From Actinomycetota bacterium (lineage in GTDB: Bacteria; Actinomycetota; Actinomycetes; S36-B12), in NCBI GenBank assembly GCA_027729865.1, contig JAQCBM010000001.1, positions 1-26,786 on the forward strand: 26,786 nt of DNA, given 5' to 3'. Positions 1-7,615 of this stretch are shown piece after piece; the first letter of the stretch is position 1, and each line of letters opens with the position of its first letter. The notes beneath the pieces were generated by a model that had not been told where the DNA came from, ran no database searches, and saw only the letters and a list, made by a program, of their open reading frames with translations. The position numbers were made by a program, and so were the translations under genes.

Positions 1-651
1 GTGTTCATTAGAGCCGTGCGTGTGGGGATCGTCTGTGCGATCGCATTGAGTATCGGATTCGCGACCCCTGCCGCTGCTGATAGCCGTCGTGATGCGATTC
101 GCGTGCTGAACTCGCTGCCGGTCTCAATCGAGCGACCGAATGGCTACGACCGAAACCTGTTCCGTCACTGGTCGGACCTCGATGGTGATGGCTGCAACAC
201 CCGCGAGGAAGTGTTGATCGATGAACGCGTCGCCGGGCAAGTGGTGGGTTGCGACGTGGTGGGCGGTCGATGGCGATCGGCATATGAAGGTGATGTCACT
301 ACCAACCCGAGTTCCTTCGACATTGATCACTTTGTACCGCTGAAGGAAGCGTGGGATTCCGGTGCGTGGCGATGGAATGCCGGTACGCGTGAACGCTTCG
401 CGAATGATCTCGGCTTCGCCGGCGCGTTGATCGCAGTTTCCGCATCGTCCAATCGAAGTAAGTCCGACCGTGATCCGGCGGAGTGGTTGCCCGAACGAGG
501 GGTGTGTAAGTATGCGAAGACGTGGGTGGCGGTGAAGTTCCGCTGGCGCTTGGCCGTAGACACCACCGAGAAGTCCGAACTCACCCGCATCCTGCGGGGC
601 TGTTCACCGAAGATGCGGGTGCCTTCGCTGGCGCGTGTGGTGACGCAGTAA
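1..651 (+). CDS. Secreted HNH-type endonuclease family protein (DUF1524-like); true start could lie upstream of the window
   Basis: 216-aa ORF. N-terminal basic/hydrophobic signal peptide ending in PAAA; DxDxDGCNTREEVL; HNH-like FDIDHFVPLKEAW...SASSNRSKSDRDPAEWLP, typical of secreted actinobacterial HNH proteins. Confidence 0.78.
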   Translation: MFIRAVRVGIVCAIALSIGFATPAAADSRRDAIRVLNSLPVSIERPNGYDRNLFRHWSDLDGDGCNTREEVLIDERVAGQVVGCDVVGGRWRSAYEGDVTTNPSSFDIDHFVPLKEAWDSGAWRWNAGTRERFANDLGFAGALIAVSASSNRSKSDRDPAEWLPERGVCKYAKTWVAVKFRWRLAVDTTEKSELTRILRGCSPKMRVPSLARVVTQ

Positions 652-658
652 TGGTTGT

Positions 659-1390
659 TTAGCGGGTGCGCAGGATGACGAACTGGAAGCGCCCCTCGAC
701 AAAGTAGGTCTTGCTGTACGCGACGGGTTCACCGGATCGGTCGTAGTGCACCTGGTCGAGGAGAATCAGAAGTTCGTCAGCAACGTGATCTTCTGCGATA
801 GGCACATCGCTGCCGCGCACGGCGTGGATCTCGGCCAGTGCACGGTTGGGAGTCAAGCCGATTCGGTCGAGCACAGCGAACACTGATCCATTGCCCAGTG
901 ATACGTCCTCACTCGCTGGAACCAGGTTCCCCGGAATAGCGTCGATGGAAATGGCCACCACTTCGCCATCGGCGAGTATCTCGCGGTGCACGGCCACGAT
1001 CTCGTCGTTGGCGTTCACGTCCAAACGTGCGCACTCGTTCTCGTCGGCCTGCCGCCGAGTGAGCGAAATCCGACGCACCTTCGCATCCAGACCAAGTTCC
1101 TCGATCGTCTCGGTGATCGAGCGCAGTTCCTGAAGACCCGATCGGATTTGGCCGCCGAAGTCCACTACGAACATGCCCGAACCGTGACGGATGTCGACCA
1201 GCCCCTGGGATTCCAGCGACTTCGCCGCAGTGCGAACTGTTACGCGGGACACCCGATAGCGCTCGCACAACTCCGCCTCGCTGGGCAGCCGGGAGCCGGG
1301 CGAGAACTCACCAGCGACGATGCGCCGGCGTAGGTCCTCGGTGATCTGCCGGGCGAGCGGGGTGCGGGGGGTTGTGGTGGAACTGGGCAT
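659..1390 (-). CDS. GntR family (HutC/UTRA subfamily) transcriptional regulator
   Basis: GntR wHTH (LPSEAELCERYRVSRVTVRTA...GSGMFV) plus C-terminal UTRA-like domain (SKTYFVEGRFQF). Start trimmed to ATG at 1390, preceded by SD GGGAGGAG; divergent from mtnA. Confidence 0.92.
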   Translation of the reverse strand: MPSSTTTPRTPLARQITEDLRRRIVAGEFSPGSRLPSEAELCERYRVSRVTVRTAAKSLESQGLVDIRHGSGMFVVDFGGQIRSGLQELRSITETIEELGLDAKVRRISLTRRQADENECARLDVNANDEIVAVHREILADGEVVAISIDAIPGNLVPASEDVSLGNGSVFAVLDRIGLTPNRALAEIHAVRGSDVPIAEDHVADELLILLDQVHYDRSGEPVAYSKTYFVEGRFQFVILRTR

Positions 1391-1424
1391 GACGGTGTCT
1401 CCTCCCTGCGTTAGCCTAGCGGCG

Positions 1425-1439
1425 AGTTGTAGGACAACT
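1425..1439. promoter_or_regulatory. Palindromic operator AGTTGT-AGG-ACAACT, probable binding site of the adjacent GntR
   Basis: Perfect 6-bp inverted repeat with a 3-nt spacer in the 66-bp gntR/mtnA intergenic region. Core GTA-G-GAC fits GntR-type GT(A/C)-N0-1-(G/T)AC palindromes. Lies just downstream of a candidate -10 (TAGCCT, 1412-1417). Confidence 0.68.
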
Positions 1440-1456
1440 GTTGTGTTGGAGGCAAA

Positions 1457-2497
1457 GTGTCGGAGATCCGGGCGGTTCGCTGGGATGCGCACTCGATCGT
1501 GCTCATCGATCAGACGAAGCTGCCGGCGGTCGAGACCGCTATGGAGTGCGCCACCGTCGATCAACTGGTGGACGCGATCGTCCGCCTGGTGGTTCGCGGT
1601 GCTCCGGCACTCGGCGCGGTCGGTGGATACGGCGTGGCCCTGGCGATGATCCAAGGTGAGCGCGACGGCTGGGATTCCACGCGGTTGAACGCGGAGATCG
1701 ACCGGATTCGAAATGCGCGACCCACTGCGGTGAACCTGGCGTGGGGAGTGGACCGGGTGCGTCCGTTGGTAAGTGACGGCGTGGACGCAGTACTTGCCGA
1801 AGCGCAGCGCATCGCAGATGAAGACGAAGCCGCTAATCGTGAACTCTCACGCAAGGGCGCGGACTGGATTCTCGCGAACACCACGCGTCGTCCGTTGCGG
1901 GTGTTAACCCACTGCAACACCGGATCTCTGGCAACCACCGCGTGGGGAACGGCACTGGGCATCGTGCGCGAACTCCACGGGCGCGGTGAGATCGAAATGG
2001 TTTACGCCGATGAGACGCGGCCGTTGCTACAAGGATCGCGGTTGACCTCGTGGGAACTCACCCAAGACGGAATTCCGCACGTGGTGCAGGTGGATGGCGC
2101 TGCTGCGTCCACGCTGCTGCGCGGTTTGGTGGATGTAGCGATCATCGGCGCCGATCGCATTGCGCGTAACGGCGACACCGCGAACAAGATCGGTTCGGTG
2201 GGTGTGGCACTGGGTTGTTCGGCCGCTGAGGTGCCGTTTGTGGTCGCGGCTCCGTCGTCGACAGTGGACCTGTCCACGGCCTCGGGTGAATCGATCGAGA
2301 TCGAACTGCGCGATGGCGCAGAGGTGACCGAGTTCCATGCCGAATCCGTGGCGCCGGAGGGAGCCAAAGGATTCAACCCGGCTTTCGATGTGACACCCGC
2401 GCAGTACATCTCGGCCATCGTGACCGAGCAGGGAGTCGTGGAACCAGCCGCTGGTGTGCTGGTGGACTCCCTCGTGCCGGAAGGGGAACGTCCATGA
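1457..2497 (+). CDS. mtnA: S-methyl-5-thioribose-1-phosphate isomerase (MtnA / eIF-2B-like family)
   Basis: Motifs LIDQTKLP, VRGAPALG, RPTAVNL, LTHCNTGSLAT, ETRPLLQGSRLT, GADRIARNGDTANKIG, NPAFDVTP; SD GGAGG before GTG. Confidence 0.92.
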   Translation: MSEIRAVRWDAHSIVLIDQTKLPAVETAMECATVDQLVDAIVRLVVRGAPALGAVGGYGVALAMIQGERDGWDSTRLNAEIDRIRNARPTAVNLAWGVDRVRPLVSDGVDAVLAEAQRIADEDEAANRELSRKGADWILANTTRRPLRVLTHCNTGSLATTAWGTALGIVRELHGRGEIEMVYADETRPLLQGSRLTSWELTQDGIPHVVQVDGAAASTLLRGLVDVAIIGADRIARNGDTANKIGSVGVALGCSAAEVPFVVAAPSSTVDLSTASGESIEIELRDGAEVTEFHAESVAPEGAKGFNPAFDVTPAQYISAIVTEQGVVEPAAGVLVDSLVPEGERP

Positions 2498-4482
2498 GCA
2501 ACGAAGCCATGCCAACAGCGCTGACCGAACTCGTTCAACGCTCCAACCGCATCGGAGACGACCCTTCCCTCGTTGTCTACGGAGGCGGCAACACCTCTGC
2601 TAAAGGTGTGATCGTTGATCACCTCGGCCGCGAGCAACAGGTGATGTGGGTTAAGGGATCCGGTGCGGACATGCGCGGGTCGGTTCTTTCCGACTACCCG
2701 GGTCTGCGCCTTGGCGAACTCACCGCACTGCGTGAACGCGGTGAGATGAGCGATGAGGAGATGACCGACCTCGTTACCCGTGCGCTGTTAGATCCATCCT
2801 CTCGCCGGCCATCGATCGAAACGCTGCTGCATGCGTTCTTGCCGTTCACCCACATTGACCATGTGCACGCCGATGCGATCTGTGCGCTTACCAACCACGC
2901 TGAAGGCAAGAAGATCACCCTTGAGGCGCTTGGCGAGGGATTCGCCTACGTGGACTGGCTGCGTCCGGGTTTCGAGCTCAGCAAGATCGTCGGTGAGCTC
3001 TCGCACTACGAGGGAGTAGTGCTTGCGCACCACGGGCTGATCACCTGGGGGGATTCTTCCGCTGCGTGCTACCAGCGCACTATCGACGTGGTGGATCAAG
3101 CGCGCGAGTTCGTTGCGGCCAACCGTGTTGGCGCCGGACCGCCGCCGCGCCATGACGACATCCCCGAGGACGAATTGCGTCGATTGCTGTTGCACCTGCG
3201 CGGTGCGGTGAGCGCAACGGGTCACCGAGTCCTGCGGGTGGACGAACGATTGCGTGAGGTTGCCGATCATCCGCAGGTGGACAAGATCGTGGCCGGTGGT
3301 GTGTCGAGTGCCGACCACATGTTGCGCATCAAGCCGCGCTCCGTGGTTGTTCCCTCGGTTGATCACGTGAGCTCGTCTGTTGGGGCTTACCGCGATGAGT
3401 ACCTCGCGTATGTGGAACGCAACCACGAGTTGATGCCGGAGGGTTTCGGACCGCACGATCCGATGCCGCGCGTGATGCTGGTGCCGGGCGTGGGTGCGGT
3501 GACGACCGGAACCTCAGGCAAGGACGCTGCCGTTGCCGCGGACATCGCTGTACACACGCACGACGTTGCGCGGACCGTGCTCGAGGCATTCGGAACACCC
3601 GAGCCGTTGAGTGGTCGGGAGACTTTCCGCTTCGATTACTGGCCGATGGAGCTCTACAAGCTCACGCTTAAGCCCGCGCCGGCCGAGTTCGCCGGACGAA
3701 TCGTGATCGTGACGGGTGCGGCATCAGGGATCGGTCGCGGGATCGCGCTGGAGTTGGGTGCGCGGGGGTGCTCGTTGGTCCTTGCGGACCTCGATGCCAA
3801 TGGTCTGGACGAGGTTGCAGGTTCCCTCGTTTCCGCGGGCGCGCCTGAACCCGTGGTGGTGGCCGGAGATCAGTCCGACTCGTCGGTCACCTCAGCCACG
3901 GTTCACCGTGCGGTGCGGCACTTCGGTGGGCTGGACGGCGTGGTGCTGAACGCGGGCGTGGGCGTCTCTGGGACGTTGACGGAACTGACCGACGAGCAGT
4001 GGAACACCGCACTGCAGGTGAACCTGACGAGCGCGTTCTCACTCACCCGTGAATCGATGCGCGCGATGCAAGAACAGAGTCTAGGCGGTTCCCTGGTGTT
4101 CGTTGCGAGCAAGAACGCTTTCGGTCCCGGTGCCGGCTTTGGTGCTTACTCGGTGTCCAAGGCCGGGATGATCCAACTGATGCGCATCGCAGCACTCGAA
4201 GGTGGCAAGCACCAGATCCGATCCAATGCGATCAACCCCGACGCGGTATTCGACAACTCGAAGTTGTGGGAGGGGGGCTTGCGTGAAGAGCGTGCAGCAG
4301 CCCACGGCATCGCACCGGAGGAACTCGAAGACTTCTACGCCTCACGCAACTTGCTCGGTCGCCGAGTGACCACGTCAGACGTTGCGCAGTCCGCAGCCTT
4401 CTTGCTGTCCGATCGTTCCTCGCGGACCACGGGTTCGGTCCTTACGGTGGACGGCGGGGTAGCGGTCGCGTTCCCGCGGTAG
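2494..4482 (+). CDS. Bifunctional class II aldolase / short-chain dehydrogenase (RhaD-ADH, RhaEW/YuxG-like fusion)
   Basis: N-terminal class II aldolase: YGGGNTSAK, VKGSG, RPSIETLLH, HIDHVHAD, HHGLITWG (Zn-binding His). C-terminal SDR: TGAASGIG, NAG, YSVSK. ATGA overlap with the mtnA stop. Substrate not certain. Confidence 0.86.
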   Translation: MSNEAMPTALTELVQRSNRIGDDPSLVVYGGGNTSAKGVIVDHLGREQQVMWVKGSGADMRGSVLSDYPGLRLGELTALRERGEMSDEEMTDLVTRALLDPSSRRPSIETLLHAFLPFTHIDHVHADAICALTNHAEGKKITLEALGEGFAYVDWLRPGFELSKIVGELSHYEGVVLAHHGLITWGDSSAACYQRTIDVVDQAREFVAANRVGAGPPPRHDDIPEDELRRLLLHLRGAVSATGHRVLRVDERLREVADHPQVDKIVAGGVSSADHMLRIKPRSVVVPSVDHVSSSVGAYRDEYLAYVERNHELMPEGFGPHDPMPRVMLVPGVGAVTTGTSGKDAAVAADIAVHTHDVARTVLEAFGTPEPLSGRETFRFDYWPMELYKLTLKPAPAEFAGRIVIVTGAASGIGRGIALELGARGCSLVLADLDANGLDEVAGSLVSAGAPEPVVVAGDQSDSSVTSATVHRAVRHFGGLDGVVLNAGVGVSGTLTELTDEQWNTALQVNLTSAFSLTRESMRAMQEQSLGGSLVFVASKNAFGPGAGFGAYSVSKAGMIQLMRIAALEGGKHQIRSNAINPDAVFDNSKLWEGGLREERAAAHGIAPEELEDFYASRNLLGRRVTTSDVAQSAAFLLSDRSSRTTGSVLTVDGGVAVAFPR

Positions 4483-4488
4483 TTGCTC

Positions 4489-5592
4489 CTACTGGCGTAG
4501 GGCTTCGACCATCGCACGCGAGTTTGTTGCGAGATCACCGCGGTGGAGCGCTCCGCCGATGAGAAGCGCGACGTTATCTCCGTAGAACTCGGTGAGTTCA
4601 CCGAGGCGGTCCAACGTCATGCCACCGCCCGGGCTTGGCCACGATCGCGCCAGGTTGCCCAGGGGTGCGTGGCATAGGTCCTTGATCTGCGCGCATTCGG
4701 CGGGTGAGAACGAGAATCGGCCGCCGTAGTTCGGAAAGATCGAGATGTCCGCTCCCGCTAGGCGCATCAAGGTCCCGAAAAGGATGCCGTGATCGATGCC
4801 CTGATCAGGGTTGACAACGTTCGATCCCAGGAACGATGGATGCGCCATGATCGGTAAGGCCAGGGAATCGTCGTCGGCCAGCATGCGCATCGCGTCGAAT
4901 CCCGACACCCCAGGAAGCACCAAGAGTGCACCAGCGCCGGCCTCCTTGGCCTCGTGCGCGGCATCGACGATCCGATCGGCGGGAACGTTCAAACTCGGCA
5001 TGTAGAGCGCGTTGGTTCCGGCTTGTTCACGTGCTTGATTGACGTGCTCTGCGATGACTCGAGTGCGTTCCTTCCAACGCGCCCACGGTTGATCGGCAAG
5101 ACCGTGGTCGTCTTTGATGATGTGGAAGCCAGCGCGGGTGATGGTCGCGGCCATCTCGCCGAGTCCTTGCGGATCGGTGCCCATCGGCTTCACCGCGGTG
5201 CAGACAAGTGGACCGGTGGGGGCATCGACGAGCGCGCGAAGTCCGTCGATGCCAAAGCGCGGACCACGAAAATCCGCGAGGTAGGAATCCGGCAAACGTA
5301 GGCCGGTGACGCGAACGCCCGGGAAGAGCGACACATTCCCCCACAGCACATTCAGCAGTTGAGTGATGCCGCCGCCGGCAACGCCGGGGTTGTAGGAAAT
5401 CGTGACGTTGTTTCCGCTGATGTTCTCAATGCGACCGACGACGGTTTCCTGGATCCACTCCGGAGCCAGATCGAACGGGAATTCGATGGTCTGCTCGACG
5501 CGGATCGCATCGGCGACTTCCCTGGAATCTCCAACCGAGATTCGGTAGTCGACAACGATGCGGTCTGCTGAGCCCGACGCGCTCGTTGTCAT
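4489..5592 (-). CDS. RuBisCO-like protein (form IV), resembling the R. rubrum 5-methylthioribulose-1-phosphate 1,3-isomerase type
   Basis: VEQTIE, NVLWGNVSL, GPRFGIDGLR, AVKPMG, IKDDHGLADQ (KDDH rather than KDDE), AHP, FPNYGGRF, PGGGM, LIGG. 367 aa, shorter than a true RbcL. ATGA-coupled to the upstream transketolase subunit. Confidence 0.9.
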   Translation of the reverse strand: MTTSASGSADRIVVDYRISVGDSREVADAIRVEQTIEFPFDLAPEWIQETVVGRIENISGNNVTISYNPGVAGGGITQLLNVLWGNVSLFPGVRVTGLRLPDSYLADFRGPRFGIDGLRALVDAPTGPLVCTAVKPMGTDPQGLGEMAATITRAGFHIIKDDHGLADQPWARWKERTRVIAEHVNQAREQAGTNALYMPSLNVPADRIVDAAHEAKEAGAGALLVLPGVSGFDAMRMLADDDSLALPIMAHPSFLGSNVVNPDQGIDHGILFGTLMRLAGADISIFPNYGGRFSFSPAECAQIKDLCHAPLGNLARSWPSPGGGMTLDRLGELTEFYGDNVALLIGGALHRGDLATNSRAMVEALRQ

Positions 5593-6629
5593 AGTGCTTC
5601 GACCTTGGCGCTGCTGTGGGTGGCGGCAACGCGAACCGGTGCGAGGTCGGCTGCATCGATACCGAACGTGCGTCCAAGGGCTTGTTCGGCTGTGCGCACT
5701 AAAGACATGGCGTCGAGGTCGTACTCGCGCAGCAGGTAGGCCTGCGACGCGCCATGTGCGTAGGTGTCGGGCAGCCCGATGCGGTGCAGCGGAGCTGCAA
5801 TGCCGTTCTCGGCCATAACCTCGGCTACCGCCGAACCCAAGCCACCGGTGATCAGGTGGTTCTCCATGGTGATCACACCGCTACGCGCACTACGCAGCGC
5901 TGTGAGCACGGTGGGATCGGTGAAGGGCTTGAGGGTTGAGACGTGCAGATGCGTGACTCTTGCGCCTGCATCTTGCAGCGCAGGAATGGCACGAAGTGCC
6001 TCTTCGGTTTCGATCCCGGACGTGAGCACCACGAGGTCCGCCGGATCCTCGATCGAGCTACCGGCGACCGACAGCACTCGTGCGGTGTTGAAGCGCATCG
6101 GCTCGGGGAACAGGCGCGGCACTTCGCCACGCAGCATGCGGATGTAGACCGGACCGTCGATGGCGTGCGCAACATCAAGCACGCTCTCCACCTCGGTGGC
6201 GTCGCCGGTTTCCAGGATCGTCATGTTCGGGATAGTTCGCATCACTGCAACGTCGTCGATCGCCTGGTGGGTCACGCCACCGGGAGTGGTGATACCGGGC
6301 AGGAAGCCGACCAGGCGCACCTTCAGGTTCGGGTACGCGATGGACATCTGCAGTTGATCGAGTGGGCGGCGGTACAAGAACACTGCGAACGTGTGCAGCC
6401 ACGGTTCGAAACCTTCGCGAGCGAGCCCAGCAGCGAAGCCGAGCATGTTCTGTTCGGCCATGCCCATGGAGAAGAAGCGCTCGGGGTAGGTGTCGCGCCA
6501 CTTGCCGACTTCGCACGAGTTGGTGAGGTCCGCGCTGAGCACCACAACCTCGGGCTTATCGGCCGACCAACGAATGAAGTTCTCTACGTGTGGGCGGCTG
6601 ACGATCTCTACGTCCGTTTTCGCGCTCAT
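5589..6629 (-). CDS. Transketolase-family C-terminal (pyrimidine-binding + C-terminal domain) subunit
   Basis: LSADL, PERFFSMGMAEQNM, THQAIDD, GPVYIRMLR, TLKPF, ENHLITGGLGSAVAE; ATGA overlaps at both ends. Confidence 0.9.
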   Translation of the reverse strand: MSAKTDVEIVSRPHVENFIRWSADKPEVVVLSADLTNSCEVGKWRDTYPERFFSMGMAEQNMLGFAAGLAREGFEPWLHTFAVFLYRRPLDQLQMSIAYPNLKVRLVGFLPGITTPGGVTHQAIDDVAVMRTIPNMTILETGDATEVESVLDVAHAIDGPVYIRMLRGEVPRLFPEPMRFNTARVLSVAGSSIEDPADLVVLTSGIETEEALRAIPALQDAGARVTHLHVSTLKPFTDPTVLTALRSARSGVITMENHLITGGLGSAVAEVMAENGIAAPLHRIGLPDTYAHGASQAYLLREYDLDAMSLVRTAEQALGRTFGIDAADLAPVRVAATHSSAKVEAL

Positions 6630-7537
6630 GAAGTGGCTCCGATCAGAACGTCGTCGTAGAACTTCTGGTACTCGGCTCGTTCCTCAGGACCGGTGAAGCG
6701 CAGGTAGTGCAAAACAGGTCGACGATCATTGAGCAGCGGCACACCGCGCGCGGGATCGGTATACGCGAGGACGAAGTGCGGTTTGCCGGTGGGGCGTTCG
6801 AGCGATGAGGTGAGAGCCGCGATGTCGTGGCCATCGACCGAGTCCACACTCGCACCGAATGCCTTGAGTTTGGTTGCTAGCGGTTCGATTGTCATGACCG
6901 AATCCATCGGGCCATCGCACTGCGCGCGATTTACATCGACCACCACGCGCACCGTGTCGAGTCGATAGAAGGCAAGTGCCTGGATTGCTTCCCAGGTTTG
7001 CCCTTCTTGGAATTCACCGTCGCTCATGAACACGAACGTGCGACCGGTCTCCTTCTTCAAGCGCCGACCCAGGGCGATGCCGCCGGCGGTGGACAGCGCT
7101 TGCGCGAGGGACCCTGTGGTGGTTTCGAAGCCGGGCGAGTGTTCGGCGCCGATCATCTCGACGGTGGAACCGTCTTTGTTGAACTGATCGAGTGCGGCCT
7201 CGTCCAGGCGCCCGGCCTCGATGAGTGCTGCGTAGACCACCAGGGCGTAGTGCGCGGGGGAGACGATCAACCGGTCGAGGTCTGGACCCGGCTCGCCGTG
7301 GAATACCCCGCCGGATACGCGCGGGGCGTCTGGTCCGGGAACAGCCTCGATGGCAGGCGGGTGCAGCGGCCCGTCGGTGGGGGCGAGCTTGAGCACCGAG
7401 GCGTAGAGGGCGGCGAGCAGTTCGGCTGAGGAACAGGCTTGGCTGAGATAGCCGCCGTTGTTGGCCAGCACGTGGGCCAGGACCCGGCGGCGGATGCCCG
7501 CGGCCATGAGTGTGGGTTCGATTGTCGATTGAGGCAC
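6626..7537 (-). CDS. Transketolase-family N-terminal (ThDP-binding) subunit
   Basis: TGSLAQALS, ThDP motif [13 protein letters not shown]...DVN, VDGHD. Start set at GTG 7537 because a -35/-10 pair sits 6 nt upstream; ATG 7507 is the alternative. The longer ORF-track start at 7837 overlaps xylB. Confidence 0.87.
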   Translation of the reverse strand: MPQSTIEPTLMAAGIRRRVLAHVLANNGGYLSQACSSAELLAALYASVLKLAPTDGPLHPPAIEAVPGPDAPRVSGGVFHGEPGPDLDRLIVSPAHYALVVYAALIEAGRLDEAALDQFNKDGSTVEMIGAEHSPGFETTTGSLAQALSTAGGIALGRRLKKETGRTFVFMSDGEFQEGQTWEAIQALAFYRLDTVRVVVDVNRAQCDGPMDSVMTIEPLATKLKAFGASVDSVDGHDIAALTSSLERPTGKPHFVLAYTDPARGVPLLNDRRPVLHYLRFTGPEERAEYQKFYDDVLIGATS

Positions 7538-7543
7538 GTGGCC

Positions 7544-7572
7544 AGGGTACAAAGAGGTAGGTCGTCCTACAA
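7544..7572 (-). promoter_or_regulatory. Housekeeping-sigma-type promoter of the transketolase-RLP operon, probably leaderless
   Basis: Minus strand reads TTGTAG (7572-7567) - 17 nt - TACCCT (7549-7544) - 6 nt - GTG (7537); no SD present. Confidence 0.62.
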
Positions 7573-7574
7573 GT
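7560..7574 (-). promoter_or_regulatory. Second copy of the putative GntR operator (ACTTGTAGGACGACC), overlapping the -35 element
   Basis: 12/15 identical to the 1425-1439 palindrome, with a perfect 9-bp core TTGTAGGAC. Confidence 0.62.
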
Positions 7575-7615
7575 CTGTATTTGTTCACCGGGGTGGATGT
7601 GGCACGGTTCCACCC

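Noticed and set aside
1-651. Anti-phage or mobile-element HNH nuclease
   Set aside because: It has a signal peptide and no neighbouring defence, integrase or transposase genes in the window; a secreted nuclease is more parsimonious.
1391-1654. N-terminal extension of GntR in the ORF track
   Set aside because: Overlaps mtnA on the opposite strand; the SD and domain boundary support ATG 1390. Similar over-long starts were trimmed for tktN, xylB, EamA, glgA, glgC, mutT1, mshD, nitrobindin and nur.
5388-5402. Third operator-like sequence GGTTGTAGGAAATCG
   Set aside because: Lies inside the RLP coding region, is not palindromic and is not near a start; probably chance.
4489-5592. Carbon-fixing RuBisCO large subunit
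   Set aside because: KDDH instead of KDDE, the second Lys of the KPK motif replaced by Met, short length, and no small subunit or prk nearby; this is a form IV RLP.
5589-7537. Apiose catabolism (AptAB transketolase plus oxo-isoapionate RLP)
   Set aside because: That pathway also pairs split transketolases and RLPs, but no apiose isomerase, apionate oxidoisomerase or DUF1537-type kinase is present, and the RLP motifs and mtnA point elsewhere. Disfavoured, not fully excluded without phylogeny.
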